A stretch of 64,000 bases of DNA from Dicyema japonicum (lineage: Eukaryota; Animalia; Dicyemida): positions 268,762 to 332,761 of the forward strand of contig RDEW01000012.1 in NCBI GenBank assembly GCA_011109175.1. The letters are read 5' to 3'. Shown piece by piece: positions 1 through 10,083 of the stretch. The stretch's first letter is position 1; every line of letters begins with the position of its first letter. The notes under the pieces are model-generated. The model was not told where the DNA came from, did not search any database, and saw nothing but the letters and a program-made list of their open reading frames with translations. The translations under genes and the position numbers were made by a program.

Positions 1-90
1 GAGAGCAAATGATCCTTTTTCGTGCCGGCCTGGCACTGGGCGTCACCTAGACAGGTGGATCACATGACGCCACTCTAATAAAAAGAGAGA
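1..90 (-). repeat. SINE-like repeat family B, partial copy
   Basis: About 75 bp (CAAATGATCC...CCACTCTAATA) is the exact reverse complement of ~14869-14943. Confidence 0.75.
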
Positions 91-1743
91 TGGTCTCCAT
101 AGCGATCCAGAGTGGAAGCGTCGCAGGAATAAAGTCAGAAAAAATCAAATTTTATTTTTTAGGTCAATAAAGTCAAAAAAATATTGATTTTTATCATTAA
201 TTTTTAGAGTTTTTGAATAAATACTGATGTGTCATAAACTGTTTTTATTGAATCTTTTGTGTAATAAACATTTCAAAGTAACAGGTCTATCATTTTATTA
301 CTATTTTACAAGAGCTACTATCAAAAATATCTGATTTTTATCATTCCATCTACCACTCTAGTATCATTAATGCTTACGCGAATATGATTTTCCTTGCATA
401 AGTTGAACAGTAAAGTTTACAAAACTTGTTTGAGGGTATTGAATATCGTTTTACGTCCTTCTATGAAGAATTGTATAAAATTTATGGTAAAAATAACTTG
501 ACCGAAGCTATTTTTGAGTTTTTACATGCATTTATTATAGAGTTGAAAAAAGTGGTTTGATCCACGAAATCGATATAAACATGTATACTTATATAATTTT
601 CTTGCGTAGAGACAGAAAATTTTATTGAAATTGGCTATCCCCCAAAATAATTGCAAAATATCCTTCCACGTCTATTCAAAAAAGATCTTTATTATTGATA
701 AAATAAAAATTTTATTATCTAAAGACCGAAATTTTTAACCTGAAAACGTTTTTAATTACATTATTCTATATTTTAATAAATTTTTTGATTAGTTTTTTAT
801 TTTTTAAATGGGGAATAATTTATTAACATTTAACACAAAAATCCATCAAACGTGGTCCTCGCCGACATTATCGACGTTGTGTTTCCTCTCACGATTGCAA
901 CAGAGATCAACTGGAGATGCCATCGGGTCTCAAGTTCGTCGTGGATTTTTGGTTTTGCTAGCCGTCTATGTTTCTTAGGAAACGAAGCTATTTTACACTT
1001 AGTCCTCCATATTTTTCATATTTAAAATATTTTTTTAGATAAAGTCAAAAATGGTCAAATATTGAATTTTTAAAGTCAATTTTTTAAATCAAAATTTCGG
1101 ATTTAGTCAAAAAATCGCTTTAATTATAATCGAGACAAAGATAAATAAGATATCGAGGCCCGGAAGAAGAAAGCCTTTCAAGCGACACTGTGTCTCCGAA
1201 AGCTCGGTTTGATCGTTTTCTCTGTCTTCCAAGGAGTCATTCTGCCATCACTATTATATTGATGCGGGGGTTGTTTTTCTCTCTAGGAAAAATTATTTTG
1301 TTGGAAATGACCAGGCGACCCACCATAAAGTTTGCTCTCACTATGGGGTCATATGCAAAGTTTAATGAATCAATGATGAGAGCCTCAGAGACGAGTCCAG
1401 ACGCATCGAAACAGGACCCATGATAATTCAACCATCCCCCACGTTTAACCTCTCCTAATCTGTATTAATAAAAATTCATTTATTCAAAGGGAGATAATAA
1501 ATTAAGTAAAAGACCACTTAGTGTTCGGGTCCCCGCATTCCACCATCTCCAAGCTACTGGTTTCGGCATTCACAGCCACGCATCCTTGACTTTCCGGATG
1601 CACGAGAAAGTCTGATTTCTGAAAATAAAAGAAAGATCAACGTGGATGAATATTTGGTAGTTATTACAGTCCTTGCATTCCTCCACAGAGAAGCCCCCAA
1701 AATATGTAAGGCAGAAATCGTCTCGTCTGAGTTTGTTTTCCTT

Positions 1744-2447
1744 NNNNNNNNNNNNNNNNNNNNNNNNNNNNNNNNNNNNNNNNNNNNNNNNNNNNNNNNN
1801 NNNNNNNNNNNNNNNNNNNNNNNNNNNNNNNNNNNNNNNNNNNNNNNNNNNNNNNNNNNNNNNNNNNNNNNNNNNNNNNNNNNNNNNNNNNNNNNNNNNN
1901 NNNNNNNNNNNNNNNNNNNNNNNNNNNNNNNNNNNNNNNNNNNNNNNNNNNNNNNNNNNNNNNNNNNNNNNNNNNNNNNNNNNNNNNNNNNNNNNNNNNN
2001 NNNNNNNNNNNNNNNNNNNNNNNNNNNNNNNNNNNNNNNNNNNNNNNNNNNNNNNNNNNNNNNNNNNNNNNNNNNNNNNNNNNNNNNNNNNNNNNNNNNN
2101 NNNNNNNNNNNNNNNNNNNNNNNNNNNNNNNNNNNNNNNNNNNNNNNNNNNNNNNNNNNNNNNNNNNNNNNNNNNNNNNNNNNNNNNNNNNNNNNNNNNN
2201 NNNNNNNNNNNNNNNNNNNNNNNNNNNNNNNNNNNNNNNNNNNNNNNNNNNNNNNNNNNNNNNNNNNNNNNNNNNNNNNNNNNNNNNNNNNNNNNNNNNN
2301 NNNNNNNNNNNNNNNNNNNNNNNNNNNNNNNNNNNNNNNNNNNNNNNNNNNNNNNNNNNNNNNNNNNNNNNNNNNNNNNNNNNNNNNNNNNNNNNNNNNN
2401 NNNNNNNNNNNNNNNNNNNNNNNNNNNNNNNNNNNNNNNNNNNNNNN
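1744..2447. other. Assembly gap (704 N)
   Basis: Run of N. Confidence 1.
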
Positions 2448-2655
2448 CAAAGTGGTACTTACCAAAAGCAAAGTGGTACTTAAAAAGAAAAAAATTTATA
2501 ACTTCATTATTGGAATATCAATCGGAGGAAATTACAATATTATTTATGGATGAAGCAAATATAAACATGCACATATCCCGTAAAAAGGGTCGATCAAAAA
2601 AGGAACAAGGGCTAATGTCGTCGCACTTTAAGACCATTTTAAACCTGAAATGTTA
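2448..2655 (+). mobile_element. Internally deleted IS630/Tc1-like transposon remnant
   Basis: 21-bp TIR subrepeats (AAAGTGGTACTTACCAAAAGC), a transposase fragment LFMDEANINMHISRKKGRS (first catalytic D) matching 4290-4400 on the minus strand, and terminus AAACCTGAAATGTTA followed by TA. Confidence 0.75.
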
Positions 2656-3661
2656 TAGAATTCATTTTACTAGATTCACTTTGAGATTTTGATCACGTAA
2701 TGAATAACAAAATTAACAATAACACTTCTTGCCTAATAGAAGCATAAATCAACAGTCATATTCTGGAGTCAATTTAAGATTCTTATTTACTTAATGATGT
2801 AAAAATGTATACAGACTCCTTGCGTATTGTTATGCAGTACAGAATCCCATTTTATGTTCTAGATCAGTTAATGAAGTAACAATTGTTATTCGACACTACT
2901 TGCGAAATGTTATGCAATACAGAGTTATTCTATGTTACATAATTTCATTTGATATTCTGGATCATTTATTGATGTATAAATTTGATCACGAAATGAATAA
3001 CAAAATAAATATTATCACTTCTTGCTAATAGAAGCTTAAATCAACAGTTTTTATTCAGGAGTCAATTTAAATTCTTATTTTCTTAATGATGTAAAAATAT
3101 ATTCAAACTCGTTGCGTATTGTTATGCAGTACAGAAATCCATTTTATGTTCTAGATCAGTTAATGAAGTTAACTTTATTCAACACTACTTGCGAAATGTT
3201 ATGCAATACAGAGTCATTCTGTTACATAATTCCATTTGATACTCTGGATCATTTATTGATGTATTTAATAATCTATACTACTTGCGTATTAGAAGCATAA
3301 GACTAGAATCATTTTACTGGAATCACGTTGAGATTATTGATCACGTAATGAATTACAAATTAAAACTACACTTCTTGCCTAATAGAAGCATAAATCAACA
3401 GTCATATTCTAGTCAATTTAAGATTCTTATTTACTAAATGATGTAAAAATGTATTCAAACTCGTTGCGTATTGTTATGCAGTACAGAATTCCATTTTATG
3501 TTCTAGATTCAGTTAATGAAGTAAAACGTTATTCGACACTACTTGCGAAATGTTATGCAATACAGAGTCATTCTATGTTACTTAACTCCATTTGATACTC
3601 TGGATCATTTATTGATGTATTAAATAATCTAAGCTACTTGCGTATTAGAAGCATAAGACTA
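2656..3661. repeat. Satellite array, ~293-360 bp unit
   Basis: Marker TCACG(T/A)AATGAAT recurs at 2693, 2986 and 3341, and the units align throughout. Confidence 0.9.
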
Positions 3662-5265
3662 TACCATTTCAGTTTTAAAGTGGGTCTTACCAAAAGCAAA
3701 GTGGTACTTACCAAATGCAAAGTGGTACTTACCAAAAGCAAATTGGAACAAAAATTATTAATAAACCATGTCATCATTATTTAACACCGATGGGGCCATC
3801 CTCTGAATTCTAGCTATTACGGTGTTGCATAAAGATAGAGTGATTATACATAATGAGTTAATGATACTTTCTTCTTACTTTTGAAGTCGAAACTCCATAG
3901 TTGTCAAAGATTCTTGTCTCACACCATCCAAAATATTTTGCATATCTGTAGCAATGTGTCTTTTTACATCAGCTTTGAAAACTGACCAAATATTTTCAAT
4001 TGGGTTGAGCATAGGGCTATAGGGACCCAATTTTATTTCCGATGAATTCATTATCTCTGACAATTTCTTCAATTCCTGAATGGCATGCAGCATTGTCTAC
4101 TATAGCACTACTGAAAATTGTAAACTTCCCTGGCTTTTCGTAGACAAATTCTCAGCCATTCATGGGCAGATTCTTTATTAAAGGATCCACGTTTGAATTC
4201 ATAATGCAACAATAAGGGAACCAATGAAACCAATGAAATGTACATTGGCACCTCGCGAACTTGTTGCAACGACATTAGCCCTTGTTCCTTTTTTTAATCG
4301 ACCCTTTTTACGGGATATGTGCATGTTATATTTGTTCATCATAAATAATATTGAATTTCCTCATTCCATAATATTGAATTTCCTCCGATTGATAATAATG
4401 AAGTTATATATTTTTTTTCTTTTTTCTTTATTTAATTTACTATTGCCTTTCTCTCGTTCATACCTGATATCTTTCAAAGATCACAGGCACCGTTCAAGTG
4501 GACTCGAATGGTTTCTTTTGAAACATTTAAGCTGAAATTAGAATTTAAAAAATTCTCAAGGTCTCAAGAGTAATCCTAGGGTTAATTTCGAGCTGTTCAA
4601 CACAATAACCTTTATGTTTATAAAGATATTTTTTTGCTTTTGATCCCCTCGCTGATCAGGTTTGTTTTTGTTTTCAACCAACGATAAGTAGTAGTCTTCG
4701 GAACATCGAGAGATTTTGCAAGTTTGTCCAGTCACCATCTCCCTCTTAAGCCCCGATAATAAGATTTTTCTTAATTGCAGCTTCAGACTTTTTTATTTGA
4801 ATAAAAAAATGAAATATTTGCGCAGACATGCAATTATATATGTTTTTGCATTGTCACTTTTGCAATTGATCTCGTCACTTTTGCAATTGATCTCGTCACT
4901 TTTGCATGTTGCTTCGTTACTTTTACAAATGATCTAGTCACTTTTGCAATTGATCTCGTCACTTTTGCAAATGATCTCGTCACTTTTACAATTGATCTCG
5001 TCACTTTTGCAATTGATCTCGACACTTTTCATGTTGCTTCGTCACATTTGCGATTGATCTCTACACTTTTGCAATTGATCTCGAAACTTTTGCAATTGAA
5101 ATTAATCTTCATCCTATAACAAAAAAATAATTTTTGTTCCACTTTGATTTTGGTAAGCACCACTTCGATTTTGGTAAGACCCACTTTGCTTTTGGTAAGT
5201 ACCACTTTGCTTTTGGTAAGTACCACTTTGATTTTGGTAAGAACCACTTTAAACCTGAAATGTTA
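3662..5265 (-). mobile_element. IS630/Tc1 (DDE_3) DNA transposon, defective transposase
   Basis: Termini TACCATTTCAGTTTTAAAG / CTTTAAACCTGAAATGTTA, TA duplication (3660-61, 5266-67), ~100-140 bp TIRs built from 21-bp repeats. Minus-strand motifs IVDNAACH and LGPYSPMLNPIENIWSVFK, with frameshifts. Confidence 0.85.
4853..5100. repeat. 21-bp minisatellite inside the transposon
   Basis: About 12 tandem copies of TCACTTTTGCAATTGATCTCG. Confidence 0.95.
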
Positions 5266-5765
5266 TAGAATTCATTTTACTAGAATAACGTTGAGATTTT
5301 GATCACGTAATGAATAACAAAATAAACACTATCACTTTTGCATAATAGAAGCCTAAATCTACAGTCTTTATTCAGGAGTCAATTTAAGATTCTTATTTAC
5401 TTAATGATGTAAAAATATATTCAAACTCGTTGCGTATTGTTATGCAGTACAGAAATCCATTTTATGTTCTAGATCACTTTATGAAGTACCAATTGATATT
5501 AGAAACTACTTGCGAAATGTTATACAATACAGAGTTATTCTATGTTACATAATTTCATTTGATACTCTGGATCAATTATTGATGTATAAAAATATTCTAA
5601 ACTACTTGCGTATTAGAAGCATAAGACTAGAATAATTTTACTAGATTCACTTTGAGATTTTGATCACGTAATGAATAACAAAATAAACACTAACACTTCT
5701 TGCCTAATAGAAGCATAAATCTACAGTCTTAATTCTTTAGTCAATTAAAGATTCTTATGTACGTA
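5266..5765. repeat. Continuation of the ~355-bp satellite
   Basis: Marker at 5303 and 5664; resumes exactly where the array was interrupted at 3661. Confidence 0.9.
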
Positions 5766-5789
5766 ATGAATAGAAAAGTGAACCTATCG

Positions 5790-6410
5790 TGCAAAGCTTT
5801 ATATTTTTCTCCTTTGCTTTCATTGTTTTTTCTGCGGCATAGTGTGTCTACGGCTCTCCCGACAATGTTGGATAAGTAGAGTGGTTCGACACAAGTAGCA
5901 TCCCAGACCAAAGGTTTTCCCTCTTCTAATGCCAAGATTGTGATCCCGTCAGGACGTTAACGATTTCTCTGTCTAGGCCAACAAGTTCAAGTATGGCGGG
6001 GTATACCGCAGACTCAGGGTTCGCTTGACGATTCTGTCGATCACCTATGGTGCAATCATCCATATACCATACTCTTAGAAAAGTAGGACAATATCCTGTG
6101 ATACGGGCAATACCCAGAATGAACAAGGGATGAGGCAGTGGGTCTCTTTGTTGGATTTTCAGAAGACGATGGAATCTAATATTGGCCGTGTACCAGACTG
6201 GATGGTTTTCCGTGCGAGCTATGAATATAACTTAGCACTGATGAGTAGTATGTGAAGCAATCCTCCAGAATTGTATCACGTCGTATCAAGTTGAAAGCGT
6301 TTTTTATATCAATTTTGACAATTACGTGAGGAATGTTCTCGTTCTTTTCGGTGAATGTTCCAAAGTAATTTCTCTTCTTTCCCCCCACCAATGGGGTATG
6401 CATAGTTTTA
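5790..6410 (-). mobile_element. CRE-clade (RLE-type) non-LTR retrotransposon fragments
   Basis: RT motifs KIDIKNAFNLIRR and WYMDD, plus the restriction-like endonuclease motif GKPLVWDATCV typical of CRE/SLACS-like elements. Frameshifted and deleted. Confidence 0.65.
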
Positions 6411-6905
6411 GGATCTTTGCCAAAAATACTGAAAAATCGATTTGGAACTGAATTTATTACTATTTTTTATACCTTTTGAATGAAAACTTCAATTTGGAGT
6501 TGAATTTATTACTAAGTGTGTGTTCTGCGCAGTGTTTAAAACCATAAACAGTGTTTACTTGTAACGCAGATGCGCTAAAAAATAATATTTTTTATTTTTC
6601 TATGATGCAATTTTTTGCAAATAAAAATTTTTTTTGAAATTTTTATTTAAAAAATGCAATTTTCTGGTTTCCCTAGTAATCACTGATTAGTAATTCCAGA
6701 AAGAGTCCTTCCCAGAAGCCCATTGTTTCGTAACTGAATTTTTTTTCAAAACTAGCTTCGTATTCCTAAGGTCCCTACCAACACTTCAATGTTTCCACCT
6801 CCAAGTGGTTGAACAGACATGACTGAGGTTGTTAAAAAGTAAAAACCATTTATTTAAGATAACCTCAATTAATAACAAGAGCATTTAATTTATCGACCAA
6901 AACTT

Positions 6906-8079
6906 TCAATTCAATGTTTTTCCAATAAAAATAAATCTATTTGTTTTCAATCCCTCAATGACTCCCCTTCCTTCCTGCTTGTCATACAATTCATAAACTG
7001 CCTGATACAAATCAAACCCCCCATCCTTCAGCAGCACAACCCCCTAAACTCCCATCCCATCAACACCTTGAATCTTATTATCTGAATAGGACGCCCCTTA
7101 GAGTCATAAATATTCTTCTCCCACAGCAGTTCCTCCAGAAAGGCGACAAATCCTTTACTGTCAACGATCCCCCTCACTTCTACAGTGACAGTCCGAATGT
7201 CTTCTTATCAAAGAATGCAAACCACTACTCAAACTGTGAACAGTCACCCCCAACTCAGAGAATTTATTGCCAAAAACAGAAGAATCTGTACTATAATACA
7301 TATTCAGGTTCAGAATCAACGATACATCAATTTTGGAGTACGACGACTCCATAAATACCGCGGTACCGTTTATTTGTCTTCAAGTAACACAAAATCCTAC
7401 TTTAGCAAGTGCTTGAGCTCAGACTTATCATTTTCTGTAACCAAATCTGTTTTATTGAGCAGCAAAACATCAGCCAAGGCAATTTGTCTAGTAAATACAA
7501 AATCATTAGGTACTTTAGTATTTCATCCCCCGAATCATTGCTCTCGACAGTCTACCAAGTAATTATACCCAATACCCTCATGTAGTTCTTGCAGTCCACC
7601 AAGGTTATTATACCTAATTAATTATAACGTGCTACCATCCAAGTAAACATTGGCACAAATCTGTTGGTCAAGCCAGAACATTTCAGCAATGGGTCCTGCA
7701 GTTAATTGAATAGAGTACCTGGATCGGCGAGTCCTGTGGTCTCCAGTAGGATGTAGTCGAACGCTCCACGTCTCTTCATCAGATTTTCAATAGCTGTGAC
7801 TCCGTTTTGTTTGATTGAACAGCAGAGACATCCATTAGATAGTTCCAGCCAGTCCTCGTACATTTCCTTTCCTTTTTGAACCATTATTGACTTTTCCAAA
7901 GCACTTCCCTCACCAAACTCGTTTAGGATTACTGCTATTTTCTTTCCGTGATTTTCTGTGAGGATATTTTTTAACAAAGTGGTTTTTCCTGACCCCAAAC
8001 AGCCGGTAATGACTGTCACGGGTACTGCTTTGTTTTCATCTTTTACTTCCAAAGGCTCCAATTCAGGAATATTAGACAT
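6906..8079 (-). CDS. CBWD1: COBW-domain Zn-regulated GTPase (ZNG1/CBWD1 family), 7 introns of 22-26 nt
   Basis: Motifs [44 protein letters not shown]. Removing GT-AG introns (23,22,24,26,23,25,23 nt; e.g. 7696-7718, 7614-7635) yields [57 protein letters not shown]. The last codons may be affected by a homopolymer indel. Confidence 0.92.
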
Positions 8080-8235
8080 TATTAATTACACAAAACTAAT
8101 TTAATATTAATAAATTAAAATTAGTAAATTAAATTATTGTATAATTTATTAAATAAGATGTACTAATTTTCACTAAACATTTTAATTTTGGTTCAATAAA
8201 ATTGAACTAAAAAAAACATAAACATAGTGGTTGAG

Positions 8236-8507
8236 GTTCGAATCTCGCTGCTGTTCACCTGGTGGAAGGTTCCACGCATCTACGATGCAGAAATGGTTTG
8301 ACGAGTGACGCCGTCATCAGTGAATACTCACTGCGGAACTGGATTGTCTAGAAAGGACACTCACACAAGAAAAAAAAAAAGGAAGTGAAGATCATTCCTT
8401 GGTTCTACGATTAGTTAAAATTAACTGTTCTTTACTTAAATAAAGTGTGTGTCCTGCCTATGCGGAGCTATTAAAATACTATGGCTCTCCTGAAAAGGCT
8501 TTATTAT
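8236..8507 (+). mobile_element. tRNA-derived SINE family A (5' shortened)
   Basis: B-box GGTTCGAATC at the head, body matching 48903-49180 on the minus strand, RTE-like 3' tail ending TTATTAT. Confidence 0.75.
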
Positions 8508-10083
8508 TAGTGGTTGAGTTAGTGACGTGGCTCTTTAAATGCAGTCTGAAAAATACAAGATTCAATGGGATGGCCTCAACCTACTCTCGTTTAATGTCAG
8601 GGGGATCTCGAAGACATGCATGAGGAAAACACTGTGCGATGATTTATACAAGTACCGCGTCTCTATCGGATGTCTGCAAGAAACGAAGGTCTCTGATGGA
8701 TGCTGTGAACACTATGGAACCTATAAATTTATTCTCTTTCCTAGTGAGTCTAAACATTACGGACAAGGTTTCGCGGTCCATGAACATCTTGTACCACGGA
8801 TACATCAATTTTGGAAAGTCAACGACAGGATTAGTGTTCTGCAAATTAGGATGAATGACATGTGCCCTTCCAAAAGCTACATGACAGTCATTAACGTGTA
8901 TGCTCCACATAGTGGCAGATTTTTTGAAAAATCCTGAGGAACTGGATGACTTCTACTGTCAACTATTGAGGACGTACTCGGAATACGAATCTTCGTCGTT
9001 GTTATTTATTGCCGGGGATTTTAACGCTAAAGTTGGGATGCGACGCAGTGGAGAGGAATCGTTCATCGGCAGGCATGGACGGGGGTGGAGAAACACCCCG
9101 GGAACACTACTGGCCAATTTCTGTCAAGCGAATGATCTTTTCATAGGAAACACTGCCTTTATGCACCCAGCTCGCCACAGGAGCACATGGACTGGCCATA
9201 TAGAACGAACTCGGAAAACAAAAGTGTCAATATTTATAATCAAATTGATTACATCATTTGTCGGACCAAGGACAAACACCTACTGAATGATGCCCGTTCT
9301 TATGGAGGGTCGATGATAAATAGTGACCATAAAATGGTTATTGGCAAGTTCTCCTTGAAGAAATACTACATTGCCAGGAAGAACATGAGTTACTGGCAAA
9401 ACAACAACGAGAAACATGGATACAGAGTCTAAACACGACGGATATACATATCAAAGACAAACTACGAACTGAACGAAATATTATCAAGAGAAGAATCATG
9501 AAGCTTAATAATGAACACTCGAAGGATGTCTTTCTATCACATCTTAGAGAGCTGAAGAATTTAAAGGACAATGCACAAATGTTTGTTGCAGTACGGCTAA
9601 TGCAAGGAAATAAAAAAACGACAGTAAATGTTATGGATGGGAAGGGGAAACTTATCTTAAAACCAGACGAACAGATCGAATTGATTGCTGCCCATTTTGA
9701 AAAACTGTTCAATGCGAACGGCCAAGAACTGGCCCCTTTCATCGGAGAACCGCGGATGCTGGAAACAATTATCACATCTAAGGAAGTTCAGAGTGCGTGC
9801 AGTAAGCTAAAGAATCACAGGAGCGCTGGACCAGACAACATCCCTCCCGAACTGCTGAAATATGGACCTATGCGTCTATTCGAAACCATTGCGACATTGT
9901 TAAATGGAATGTTTACATCCAACTCTGTCCTACCACTGGGGAAGGGACATTGATACCTATACAAAAGCCTAACAAACCAAAGGGACCACTAGAAAGCCTA
10001 CGCCCAGTCATATTGTTAAACACATTACGAAAAGTTCTTGCATCTGTTGCTTTGGACCGCTTAAAACATCCTGCAGGAAATTA

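Noticed and set aside
1554-2692. Three 300+ aa ORFs in the ORF track
   Set aside because: They are open only because they run through the 704-N gap.
4853-5100. CRISPR-like array
   Set aside because: Head-to-tail 21-bp repeats without unique spacers, no cas genes, eukaryotic context.
4834-5247. Repetitive ORFs (VTRSIAK)n and (VVLTKSK)n
   Set aside because: Conceptual translations of 21-bp repeats inside a transposon's non-coding region and TIR.
6860-6925. Programmed frameshift or extra intron at the CBWD1 C-terminus
   Set aside because: One extra A in the A5 run would give [13 protein letters not shown], closer to homologues. A homopolymer error is the simpler explanation and cannot be resolved here.
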